A DNA stretch of 64,000 nucleotides, from positions 1-64,000 of IMG/VR virus record IMGVR_UViG_3300037419_002203. One strand, written 5' to 3'. The notes below the pieces were generated by a model, which saw only the letters and a list, made by a program, of their open reading frames with translations, did no database searches and was not told where the DNA came from. Origin of the DNA: an uncultured virus (IMG/VR IMGVR_UViG_3300037419_002203). Taxonomy: Duplodnaviria > Heunggongvirae > Uroviricota > Caudoviricetes. The position numbers were made by a program, and so were the translations under genes. Shown here in pieces: positions 18,885 to 28,191 of this stretch. Position 1 is the stretch's first letter, and every line of letters starts with the position of its first letter.

Positions 18885-20186
18885 CTACGACACGCTGTCC
18901 GTGACGCCCGACCACAGCCCATTCACGTCGTACGTGTGGTTCTGTGTGAAGGTCTTGCCGTCCGCCTCTTCGACCACCGAGGCCAGCGATCCGTTTGGGT
19001 TGTAGCTGAAGGTCACGGTCTTCACGACCGTAGCGCCATCCGTGTACTGGATCCCTGCAATCGTGCCATCGGCGTTGGTGGTGACCACCTTGGTCAGCGT
19101 GTCCTGCTGGAGGTCGACGCCGTGGGTGATGGTCACCGTGGTGTTGCTGCCCGGCCCCGCCGTGCCACTACCGGCCGATAGCAACGTCGACATGAACGAG
19201 GCGGCCAGCGTGCTGCCGCTGGGCGGCTTGGTGCTGCCCAGGAACTGGATCTGACGACCCCGCACCACGAAGTCCTCGTACTGCGTGTAGAAGACCACCG
19301 ACCCGTTCGAAAGCGTCGCGCGCAGCACGATCGTGTCGGTCACGGGCGTCACGGCCAGCGTGAAGGTCTGGACCACACCATCCGGCACCGGGGTCGGCAC
19401 CTCGCTGGCGAAGTAGATACCCACCACCGGGTAACCCCAGCTGACGGCCACGTCGTAGGGCTGCGCGGGGTTGTAGTGCAAGAGCACCGTGTGCGCGTCG
19501 AGGTCCAGGGTGTAGTCGTCCGCGCTCAGCAAGAAACCGTAGTCGAGGATCTGCACCGAGCGTCCATGGTCCACGGGCAGGTTGAACAGGCGCGGATTCC
19601 CGATGGCGTCAGGCTGCGTGATGCCGACGATCGGGCGCATACCCGGACCACCGGAACCCCAGCAGGCGCTGATGTCGTAGGTCGTCGCCGGTGTGTAGGT
19701 CAGCTGCACGACACCGGAGACGATCTTGAACTCGTCCCGGCGCAAGAGACGCCCATGGTCCAGCACCTGCACGTTGACACCTGCCTCGGGCGGCAGCTGC
19801 CACATAGTAGGATCGCCACCCACCTCCGTGAGCGCGACCGGCACGGTCAGACCGCCGCGGCTGGACGACCAGACCGCCGAAAGGTTGTACGGCGAAGAAG
19901 GATCGTAGGTCAGCAGGACTTCGTTGGTGGCGGTGTCGATCGAGAACTCGGTGACCTTGAGCATGCGCCCGTGGTCGAGCACGTTGAGGGTGCCCACCGC
20001 ACCATCCGGGATCACCCAACGACGAATGGACGACCCCTGCTCCATGAGCACGGGCGAACCCACACCCGAATCGACGTCGCTCGCGCGCAGCGTCTGGGCC
20101 ACGTTCAGCACGTAGGCAAGGGCGTCGTTGATCTTGCTGATGCCATCGCCGAAGAAGTCGGCGGCTTGCACCTGAGGGATCGTCAC
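18885..20186 (-). CDS. Tail/baseplate protein with tandem Ig-like repeats
   Basis: Three VLD(H/Y)G...L.Y.P..PY...A.W repeats, DGV..TFTL domain, C-terminal YN.NG domain. Confidence 0.65.
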   Translation of the reverse strand: MTIPQVQAADFFGDGISKINDALAYVLNVAQTLRASDVDSGVGSPVLMEQGSSIRRWVIPDGAVGTLNVLDHGRMLKVTEFSIDTATNEVLLTYDPSSPYNLSAVWSSSRGGLTVPVALTEVGGDPTMWQLPPEAGVNVQVLDHGRLLRRDEFKIVSGVVQLTYTPATTYDISACWGSGGPGMRPIVGITQPDAIGNPRLFNLPVDHGRSVQILDYGFLLSADDYTLDLDAHTVLLHYNPAQPYDVAVSWGYPVVGIYFASEVPTPVPDGVVQTFTLAVTPVTDTIVLRATLSNGSVVFYTQYEDFVVRGRQIQFLGSTKPPSGSTLAASFMSTLLSAGSGTAGPGSNTTVTITHGVDLQQDTLTKVVTTNADGTIAGIQYTDGATVVKTVTFSYNPNGSLASVVEEADGKTFTQNHTYDVNGLWSGVTDSVS

Positions 20187-20189
20187 GGG

Positions 20190-20396
20190 TTAGCCTCCCG
20201 AGGTTTCGCGCAGCACTTCCAACACGTCGTCTGGCACGAGCTGGCCCGCGTTCATGGCTTCGGCAGCCTTCAGCATCGCACCGGAGACACGCTGAATCTG
20301 TTCGAGTGCGCGCTCTTCAGGACCCGGATGGAACAACCACATCCCGGAGTTGGGACACACCACGTAGGGTGGCAAGCTTTGCGTGGGCGTGTTCAT
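20190..20396 (-). CDS. Small hypothetical protein
   Basis: AAGGAG RBS, operon context. Confidence 0.7.
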   Translation of the reverse strand: MNTPTQSLPPYVVCPNSGMWLFHPGPEERALEQIQRVSGAMLKAAEAMNAGQLVPDDVLEVLRETSGG

Positions 20397-20405
20397 GGCG
20401 GCTCC

Positions 20406-23400
20406 TTAGTTCGAGACCACGGCCGAGATGTTGCGCAGCTGCGTGTAGAACTGCGGCGTGTCGGTCCGCACGTCGAGCTTCACGCGGAAGAGGTAGCTGC
20501 CACCCACCGCCGCGGGCGACAGGCCGGTCGCCGTAAAGGCAAGCGTGACGTAGGTGTCATCTACCGGTGTCGATCCCGCCTGCTGGGTCATGGTCACGTA
20601 GTTGAAGCTCAGCGCGGCAGCGGCCAGCGTCGAACCGCCTGCGGGCACCGCCGTCACCGAGGCATCGCCCGTCACGAAGGCCGAGCGGTTGTTGCGGTAC
20701 GCGGTCAGGATACGGTTCGATCCAGAGATCTTCACCGCCAGGGTGTACTGCGAGAACTGCGCCGTGAAGTATGCCAAGGCGCGCGTGGCGAAGTCGGCCA
20801 GCGTGCCCGTGCCACCCGTGTAGGTGTAGGTGCGCGAGATGCCGTCCAGCACCAACGTCAACTGGTCCCCCGTAACCGGCACACCCGAGAGGGTGGTCGA
20901 GCAGAGACCCAACGGATCGTCGACCATGGAAAGCTTGGCGGTCACCGCGGTGATGCCCGACAGGATCGAGAGGTCCAGCGTCACGCGTGCCTGGTTGTAC
21001 TGTGGCACATTCGTCGCCAAGCGCGTGGGGTACACGGCCAGCGCGGCGGGCTCGAAGGCCAGCAGCTTCGCGTTGGTGGTCGCCACCGCCGCCGAGACCG
21101 CCGTCGTGCCCCGCAGGGTCGCCTGCAACACCAGCGAGGTCACGCGATGAGGCAGTGCTTGGGGATCCAGGGTGCCGTCTGCATCCACGGGCAGGGCGGT
21201 CGCCGTCGCGTTGCCGTCCATCTTGTAGCTCCATGCCAACGCGGCACCGCGCGGCACGAGCTGCTGCGCGCGTGCGATGATGAGGTCGAGACCGGGCAAC
21301 ACGGCGGCGCTGACCGGCTGGAAGACCAGCTGGTTGTCGGAGGCGCTGAACAAGCACTCCAGCAACTGGAAGGTCAGGCAGTTCTGGGTCTGGATGACCC
21401 AGCCGCCGCCATCGGTGCTGGAGTAGATCGCACCGGTGATGGGGGCCGAGACCATCAAGGTGTTGTTCTGGTCGGCGTGGCCGACCACGGCCTTCTTGAT
21501 GCCCCAGTTCTCGTCGGCTGCCTCGATCACCACCGCGAAGGCGGTGTTGGCAGGGCAGAAGACCACGTCGTTGAACTCGATACGCGTCTCGGCCACGGTG
21601 GAGAAGGTGGTGGAGCCCACCAGCAACCGCTTGCGTGCCAGAATCTCGTCACCCGGCTCGCCGTTGTTCAGCGTGTTGCGGATCTGCACCTCGACCCAGC
21701 CGCCACCCACCCGGCCGAAGAACAGGTTCAAGCCGCGGATGAAGACATCCCGCGTGTAGCTGAACGTCTGTGCCACCTGCACGAAGCGGTTCGCCGCCAG
21801 CGCATCGTGAGCGATCGGCAAGGTCGCCGTCGCGGCGGGCGTTGCCCCGTAGACCGTCGACGCCACGATCTGGTTGCTGGCGTTGATCAGGGAGATCGTG
21901 CGGGTGCTGTCGCCGGTCGCCGTTCCTGCCACCAAGGGAACGGCAGCGTTGGTGAAGGTGCCAGAGGTCACCGTGATGGTTACCGCTGCCCCCAACCCGT
22001 CCAATACCGGCTGACCGTCCACCGTGACGGTGTAGATGCCGTTCGGGAGGTTGCGTCCCTCCATGGTCAGCGTCATCGCGGGCAGGTAGAGCTGACGCGC
22101 GGCAAGCCAGGGCGGCTGTTGCTTGCGCGTACGCCAGAAGCCGCCTTCCAGTGCGGTTGGCACGGTCTCGACGCTGCGGCTCTGCGTGTTCAGGAAGTTG
22201 AAGGCCGAGGCGCCTTGCGGGGCACCCGTGTAGTCGCCGGTTACGACGGCCACCGTTGGGCGGGCCGCATTCGAGGTGCCGCGCGGCACTTCCAGGTCGG
22301 GCGTGTTGTCAGGGCCGTGCGTCGCCCGCACGTTCACGATCTGGGTCGAACCCACCAAGCTGTGTCCCAACACCGCGGCCTTGCTACCCACGAAGCATGT
22401 CGTTTGGGTGGTGTCCACCGCCAGCGACAGCGTCTCCATGGTGAGGGTCGGCGAGAGCACACCCTTGTCGGGATCGATCTGGACGTTGCTCCAGGCGGTC
22501 GGTGCGCTGTTGATGTCCAGTGTGTCGGAGTTCACCAGCGCGTCCGTCAGCAGCCCGCGCAGAGCCAGGCCCGCGGCAGTCGACTTGTTGTACGATGCCA
22601 GCTTCAAGTCCTGGATCGCCGCGTTGTAGTTGATCTGGTCGATGGCGATCTTCAGCTGACGGGTCTCCTGCTGGGTGAGCGCCCGTACGGGGTACTCGTC
22701 CACACGCACGCTGGACGCATCGCTGTTGGCGGGGATGACCAGGTTCGCGATCGGCAAGACACCACGCGGCACGGTGGGTGCGTAGGCGGGCTTGTTCGAC
22801 TGACCGGACTGCACCACGATCTGGTTGTCCTCGTCGATGTAGACGAGGTCCACACGGTCCAGCAGCCAACGGTAGGCCAGCGTGATGGGGAAGTAGTCGT
22901 TGGAGAGCGGCACACCCACGAAGCCGCGGTCGGTGTAGACCACATCGCCGCTCGTGTACGCCGCCGCCAGTGGATGGTCGATGCGCACGCGGTTGAGGGT
23001 CATCACCTCGGCGATCGTGCGGGTCTCGTCCGAGACGTCGGGCAGCGCCCCCGCCTGGAGCGCGAGGGTCATGCCCACGACCAGTCCGTCGTTCTTGTCG
23101 AGCGTGACCACGGTCGTACCCACGGTCACCGTGACGGTGTCACTCTGCGGGGTGCTGGGCGCGCTGCTGCCCAAGGTCAGGGTCAGCGTGCCGCCCGCGC
23201 TGTCCGTCACGTTCACGGTGGCGCCGTTCACCCACGCGACGTTGTCGACGGGCGTGCCGGTACCGTAGGTGAACTTGTAACCGCTGGTGGTACCCGCCGC
23301 CACGGTCAGGGTGTACGTGCCGCTGGTCACAAGCGTCGAGCCAATGGCCGCGATCGTCGTGTGCGTGTTGTTGGTGCCCTTGGTCGCCGTGTTGGGAACG

Positions 23401-24728
23401 GTGTTCGCTGCCAGTTCGGTGCTGGCGATGCCGGGGTAGACGTACTGTGCGCGGTCCACACCGGTGTCCATCGCCGTGCCGTTGTTCAGGGCATCGGGGT
23501 AGTCTCCCGTCAGCTGCAGCGAGAGCTTGTCGGACGCGACCGTGTAGTCGGTGGTACCCGACAACGTCGCGTTGAAGATCCACACCGCGCGGATGTGGTG
23601 CGACGGCAGGCCGCTCGTGAAACGGAAGCCCTGCGTGGTCGGCGTGAAGTCCAAGGCAGCGTTGGTCACGTCATCGTAGACCGCCACGACCTTGAAGAGC
23701 GGCCCGAACGGGAAGCTCTTCTCGATGAAGATCTCGGTGGGATCGAGAGGGTTCTGGGTGAACGGGTACTGGTGGAAGTCGCCCGCGCGCTGAATCGCCA
23801 CCAACAGGTTGAAGGTGTCCACCTGCTTGACCGGCAGCTCGACCGGCGTGATGGTGGCGACCATGGTGCCGTCGGCCGCGGCCACGGAGTGCAGCAACTC
23901 GCCCGTCACGGTCTCCGTGTCGAACTTCGCCTTGGTGATCAGCAGCGGCGTGCTGGTCTTGTAGCCCACCCGGCGTCCGTTGACATAGGCGGTGCCCCGA
24001 TCGACCACCACGCGCAGCTGGTTGGCGTTGGCATCTTCCACGCGCACGGTCATGCCGTTGCCCGTGATGCAGTCGCCCGCCAGGTCCGCCGTGTACAAGA
24101 CCAGGTTGCGATCGACCTCGTTCAGCACGTCGTTGGACGAGATGCGCAGCTGGCCGTCGGACAACTCGTACAGGTCCAGCGCATCGGCCAGGTCGGCCGC
24201 GTTGGCGTCGGTCTTCACCGCGCACGTCACGAGGAACGTGCGGCGGTAAGCACCTGGACCGCCTGCCGTGTCGTCGCCCACCACGATATTGTACAGCACC
24301 GGGTCTTCGACCTCGGTGACCGTGTCGGGCGTCACGCGCACTACGATCGTCTCACGGCCCGTGCCTTGGAGCGTGAGCGTTGTCTGGGGCACCGTGTGGA
24401 ACAAGCCGTTGACGTAGACCTGGCCGGGGACGGCGGGGTCCTGCCACTCGATGTGCGCCAACTTGGGGTTCGACGACAGGTCGAGACGCAGCTGCAGCCC
24501 ACGGGTCTGGCCGTCGCGCAGCACGAAGTCGCCGATGTCCTTGATGGCATCGAGCAGGATCTCCTGCATCTCGTTCAGTTCGGGCACCTGGGGTGCGGTG
24601 CCGGGTGTGAAGACGATCTGCTTCCAACCCTTCGTGCGACCGCTGACGGTCTCGTCGCGACCGCCCACCGGGATGTCCTGGGCGTCCACGCCCGTTTGCG
24701 AGTAACGGCTGTAATACGGCTTGTCCAC
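20406..24728 (-). CDS. DUF4815-like large baseplate/virion protein
   Basis: N-terminal IVF.PG...Q.PELNEMQ.IL..AIK.IGD.VL.DG and later AQTF motif; follows wedge genes. Confidence 0.75.
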   Translation of the reverse strand: MDKPYYSRYSQTGVDAQDIPVGGRDETVSGRTKGWKQIVFTPGTAPQVPELNEMQEILLDAIKDIGDFVLRDGQTRGLQLRLDLSSNPKLAHIEWQDPAVPGQVYVNGLFHTVPQTTLTLQGTGRETIVVRVTPDTVTEVEDPVLYNIVVGDDTAGGPGAYRRTFLVTCAVKTDANAADLADALDLYELSDGQLRISSNDVLNEVDRNLVLYTADLAGDCITGNGMTVRVEDANANQLRVVVDRGTAYVNGRRVGYKTSTPLLITKAKFDTETVTGELLHSVAAADGTMVATITPVELPVKQVDTFNLLVAIQRAGDFHQYPFTQNPLDPTEIFIEKSFPFGPLFKVVAVYDDVTNAALDFTPTTQGFRFTSGLPSHHIRAVWIFNATLSGTTDYTVASDKLSLQLTGDYPDALNNGTAMDTGVDRAQYVYPGIASTELAANTVPNTATKGTNNTHTTIAAIGSTLVTSGTYTLTVAAGTTSGYKFTYGTGTPVDNVAWVNGATVNVTDSAGGTLTLTLGSSAPSTPQSDTVTVTVGTTVVTLDKNDGLVVGMTLALQAGALPDVSDETRTIAEVMTLNRVRIDHPLAAAYTSGDVVYTDRGFVGVPLSNDYFPITLAYRWLLDRVDLVYIDEDNQIVVQSGQSNKPAYAPTVPRGVLPIANLVIPANSDASSVRVDEYPVRALTQQETRQLKIAIDQINYNAAIQDLKLASYNKSTAAGLALRGLLTDALVNSDTLDINSAPTAWSNVQIDPDKGVLSPTLTMETLSLAVDTTQTTCFVGSKAAVLGHSLVGSTQIVNVRATHGPDNTPDLEVPRGTSNAARPTVAVVTGDYTGAPQGASAFNFLNTQSRSVETVPTALEGGFWRTRKQQPPWLAARQLYLPAMTLTMEGRNLPNGIYTVTVDGQPVLDGLGAAVTITVTSGTFTNAAVPLVAGTATGDSTRTISLINASNQIVASTVYGATPAATATLPIAHDALAANRFVQVAQTFSYTRDVFIRGLNLFFGRVGGGWVEVQIRNTLNNGEPGDEILARKRLLVGSTTFSTVAETRIEFNDVVFCPANTAFAVVIEAADENWGIKKAVVGHADQNNTLMVSAPITGAIYSSTDGGGWVIQTQNCLTFQLLECLFSASDNQLVFQPVSAAVLPGLDLIIARAQQLVPRGAALAWSYKMDGNATATALPVDADGTLDPQALPHRVTSLVLQATLRGTTAVSAAVATTNAKLLAFEPAALAVYPTRLATNVPQYNQARVTLDLSILSGITAVTAKLSMVDDPLGLCSTTLSGVPVTGDQLTLVLDGISRTYTYTGGTGTLADFATRALAYFTAQFSQYTLAVKISGSNRILTAYRNNRSAFVTGDASVTAVPAGGSTLAAAALSFNYVTMTQQAGSTPVDDTYVTLAFTATGLSPAAVGGSYLFRVKLDVRTDTPQFYTQLRNISAVVSN

Positions 24729-24738
24729 GAATGAACTC

Positions 24739-25539
24739 CTAGAAGGTCAGGATCAACACGAGCGCGTCGCGGCCATTCAGACGGCGAGGGATCGGCTGGT
24801 CGTTGTAGTACCACTCCAGGAGCCCGTCGGTGAGCCACTCGGCCGGAACGGTCTTCTGACCCGGCTGCGCCTGACCGGGGAAGGTGACGTGCGAGAGCAC
24901 ACCCACCTGACGGTACTGGAAGCGGGTGGCGGCCGACAGGTTCGTCACGTAGCGACCGGCGTACACGGCGTCTGGCAACGGATCGGCCAAGTGGATCGTC
25001 TTTGCGCCCGTGTCAACCGCGTCCACCGTGGTGTTCAGTCCGTCGACGCCGTCCACGATCACGTTGTCACCCACCTGGTAACCCGCCGCGGACTTCAGTG
25101 TCAGCGTCTGGCTGCCCGCATCCGCGGTGACCGTCAGGAACGAGTCGTTTGCCTTGATCGGCACGCCGTTGTAGTCGAAGCTGCCCTTGACCATCACCCA
25201 GCGGCAACCCTGTGCCATGGCCTGCTGGGTGGTGACCGTGCGCCACTTCTGGCCGTAAGCTTCGATGGTGCCCGCGTTGTCCGGCACCACGAGCGAGAGG
25301 TCCACCTTCACGGCGGCCACGGGCTCGGCGAGCGCCGTCGTCGCGGGGTTGGGGATCGGCGGCACGGTATCGCTTACCGTCTGGTTCGGCGGCGAAGTCA
25401 GTGGATCGGTGCCCGACCAGGAGGTGGGCTTGCCCAGCACCGCCCACACGTCCGTGCGAGCGGCAAAGTCGAGGGCGCGGGCGACGTGACCACCCAAAGC
25501 GGTGGTGCCAGCAAAGCGAGGGTTAATGGGCAGCGGCAT
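24739..25539 (-). CDS. Baseplate wedge protein (T4 gp8-like)
   Basis: VW..LGK...W...PP.P, RWV and YRQVGV motifs; position. Confidence 0.55.
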   Translation of the reverse strand: MPLPINPRFAGTTALGGHVARALDFAARTDVWAVLGKPTSWSGTDPLTSPPNQTVSDTVPPIPNPATTALAEPVAAVKVDLSLVVPDNAGTIEAYGQKWRTVTTQQAMAQGCRWVMVKGSFDYNGVPIKANDSFLTVTADAGSQTLTLKSAAGYQVGDNVIVDGVDGLNTTVDAVDTGAKTIHLADPLPDAVYAGRYVTNLSAATRFQYRQVGVLSHVTFPGQAQPGQKTVPAEWLTDGLLEWYYNDQPIPRRLNGRDALVLILTF

Positions 25540-25547
25540 GGGCTCTC

Positions 25548-26531
25548 CTAGGCTAGCAGGACACCGGGTTCGTCCAGCTCGGTGCCGTCATCCAGCGAGA
25601 CCTCGTAAGTGATGATCGGTCCTGCCTGGAGGTCCGTCACGGCATTCAGGTCTGCCAAAGGATCGGTGAGCACGGGCACGAAGGTCGGCACACCAGTTTG
25701 CGCCGAGGTCAGCATATCGACGGAAAGTGTGTAACTACTGTGCAAGTCCTGGAAGCGCAGTCCCATGCCCCACGACAACAGCACACCCGCGGGCACACCC
25801 GCGATCGACAGGGTCGGCTCGAAGTTGAAGTCTGCCACCTCGAAGTCGAAGCCGGTCCCGGCCGACTCGATCGTGGTTTCCACCGCATCGGACACCAGGT
25901 AGTCGTTGTCGCTGGTGCCGTTCATCGAGAGGTTGGTCGAGATGATGCGGGCGAACCACGGCAACACACCGCCACCCTTGACCCGTTCCAGGATCTCATC
26001 GATGTCGTCGGGAACCGTGTCGTTGGTCTGGATCTCGAAGGTCGCACCGCGGTGGTAGCTCGCATCCGTCAGGTAACGCCCATACCACGGTTCGCCCCAG
26101 ATGATGACGTCGTTGCCAGGCTCGTAGAGCTGGGCGTCTACCTGACCGTTGGTCAGCAAGGGCACCAGATCGGCCAACGCCCGAGGCGTCACACGGGCGG
26201 CGCGCAGCTCGCGCTCCAAGCGCAGCGCATAGGTCACGTTGCTCTCGCCGCTCTTGCGGGGCAGCTCCAGGATCGCGCCGAACGCGTCGAGTTGGGCCGT
26301 GTCTTCTTGGGGGATCAGCACCTCGTAGCGCTGGGTCTCGATCGCCATGCGCAGGTCGGCCGCCACCTTCGACCAGGCACGAATCTCCTTGCCCAGCTCG
26401 CGGTCGCCGTCCAGCGAACGACGCTCGAACCAGCGGTAGCCGGTCGGAATCCACGACGCAAAGGTGCGGACGGTCAGCCGCCGCAACAGCTCGCGCGAGG
26501 GCTTGATGTTGGCACGGTTAAACGTGGCCAT
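25548..26531 (-). CDS. Baseplate wedge protein (gpI-like)
   Basis: LD.FG.IL.L.R..GES...Y..R motif; directly after baseplate J. Confidence 0.65.
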   Translation of the reverse strand: MATFNRANIKPSRELLRRLTVRTFASWIPTGYRWFERRSLDGDRELGKEIRAWSKVAADLRMAIETQRYEVLIPQEDTAQLDAFGAILELPRKSGESNVTYALRLERELRAARVTPRALADLVPLLTNGQVDAQLYEPGNDVIIWGEPWYGRYLTDASYHRGATFEIQTNDTVPDDIDEILERVKGGGVLPWFARIISTNLSMNGTSDNDYLVSDAVETTIESAGTGFDFEVADFNFEPTLSIAGVPAGVLLSWGMGLRFQDLHSSYTLSVDMLTSAQTGVPTFVPVLTDPLADLNAVTDLQAGPIITYEVSLDDGTELDEPGVLLA

Positions 26532-27651
26532 GGACCGTCACCGTTCGCGGACGGAAGGTCTGCTGGGGCAGGATGGGGACCTCGTCACCCACCGCGCCCA
26601 CGACCGCCGCCGTCGCGCCCACCACGTTCTCCACCTGGAAGGCCATTGCCGCCACATGCGAGACGCACAGCTCCTGACCCTGGCCCCACTGGCTCAACTG
26701 CTCCGTCACGTACGCCTGCACGGCACTCTCGACGGAGGCCACCGACACGTTGGCCGTGCGATCGACCGTCACGTTGACCGTCACATCGCCCAGCAACTTC
26801 TCCATGGCCTTCGCACGCAGGACGACACCACCGCAGCGCCAGTCGAAGCCGATACTCAAGACTTCTGCCTTCTGATCGTTGGTCAGTGTGACGTTGGAGG
26901 ATCCGTCATCGATGAACGCGGTCATGTAACCGACCATTGGCAGGTACTCGACCAGGGCGAAGCTGCGAATCCACGAGATGCCCGCCAAAGCCGTGTAAAC
27001 GGCCTTGTAGGTCCCGCGTGTCAGGGAGAGCAAGTAGCTGCCAAAGCGCAGACGGAAGGCGTCGTCCTTCTCGCGATCGGCGCCCTGGCTAAGGCTCGTG
27101 ACGGGGTTGTTGCGTGCGTCGAGTCCGTTGCCCACGTAGAGGGTGTACGCGGCGGCGACCGTGCTGCGCAACGGAGTAAGCACGGTGCCCGCGGGTAGGT
27201 TGTACTTCGCGCCGGTCGCGGTGCACTGGATGGGGAAGACCGCGTAGGGGCTGCCCAGGGTGACCGTGCCGGTCGACGAGAAGGTTGCGTCGCCCAGCGA
27301 CAGCAGCTCGCCGGGGTTCACCGCGATGGAGGGTGCCGAATTGGACTTGGGGATCGCGATGGCGAAGCCCACCGCCTGCGCTCCCTGCTTGCGGTAGAGT
27401 CCGAAGATGTTCGCCAACAGGTCCAGCGCAACGTCTCGCGCGGTGGCGGGGTTCGAATCCCGCTGCACCTCTACCAGAGCGCGCCAGCAGTCCGAGACCA
27501 CGCGAGCGAAGCCACGCGACTGGACCTTGATCTTCGATCCCTGGTTCCAGTCGTCAATGCTGGCCGACTCCGCCGTTGGATCGGTCGGGTCGACCAGCTC
27601 CGAGGCGATGTCGTCCATCACGTCTTCGATGCTCTTGGCAATGATGGCCAT
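26518..27651 (-). CDS. Baseplate J-like protein
   Basis: ALD.LA..FGL.RK, C...G..YN, GADRE.D..FR.RF..YL.SL.RGT. Confidence 0.9.
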   Translation of the reverse strand: MAIIAKSIEDVMDDIASELVDPTDPTAESASIDDWNQGSKIKVQSRGFARVVSDCWRALVEVQRDSNPATARDVALDLLANIFGLYRKQGAQAVGFAIAIPKSNSAPSIAVNPGELLSLGDATFSSTGTVTLGSPYAVFPIQCTATGAKYNLPAGTVLTPLRSTVAAAYTLYVGNGLDARNNPVTSLSQGADREKDDAFRLRFGSYLLSLTRGTYKAVYTALAGISWIRSFALVEYLPMVGYMTAFIDDGSSNVTLTNDQKAEVLSIGFDWRCGGVVLRAKAMEKLLGDVTVNVTVDRTANVSVASVESAVQAYVTEQLSQWGQGQELCVSHVAAMAFQVENVVGATAAVVGAVGDEVPILPQQTFRPRTVTVHGHV

Positions 27652-27660
27652 GTCGAACTC

Positions 27661-28137
27661 CTACGCGGCGGGGGCGAGACCAGCGGTCAGGGCATTGTTC
27701 GACCGCTTGAGGATCAGGTTGAGCGGCTGGGGCACGTTCAGGATCGTGAACTTGATCTCGAAGTGAATGCCTTGCTGTTCGAGGTTGGTGATGGTGTAAT
27801 CCACCGTCTGGAGTTGGATGCGGGGCTGGTTCGCAGCCACGCTGTGAATGTGGTCCACCATGTTGTTGATCCACGCAGGCGTCATGGGTTCCGACAGTTG
27901 GGCGTAAGCGTTGTTGCCGTAGTCCTCGTCGATGACCTTCAGCCCGTCGATGTCGTAGATGTAGCGTCCCAGGTAGCCCAGTGGGGTGACCAACTCGCGG
28001 ATGAACGCGTTGACCACGTTCTCGATGCCGCTGATGGTTCCCCAGTCGGACCCCGAAGCCGCCACATCACCTTGCGCGGTGGTGGCGAGGTCGGTCCCCA
28101 GGAAACTGGGATCGAAAGGCTGACTGAACGCGCTCAC
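27661..28137 (-). CDS. Baseplate gp25/GpW-like protein
   Basis: GTD...GD.....ISGIENV......L.TP.G...DYG...QPRI. Confidence 0.75.
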   Translation of the reverse strand: MSAFSQPFDPSFLGTDLATTAQGDVAASGSDWGTISGIENVVNAFIRELVTPLGYLGRYIYDIDGLKVIDEDYGNNAYAQLSEPMTPAWINNMVDHIHSVAANQPRIQLQTVDYTITNLEQQGIHFEIKFTILNVPQPLNLILKRSNNALTAGLAPAA

Positions 28138-28191
28138 GGGTACGATCTCCCAAGCCTAGCCTCCGGCATCGGGGAGGCTCTTTTCTGGGCG

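Noticed and set aside
19476..24734. Very long antisense ORFs (e.g. 19476-24734, 2238-5465, 5434-8076, 35462-38161, 47751-50750, 58548-61226)
   Set aside because: Shadow frames of real genes caused by GC-rich codon bias; Arg/His/Gly-rich, with no RBS or motifs
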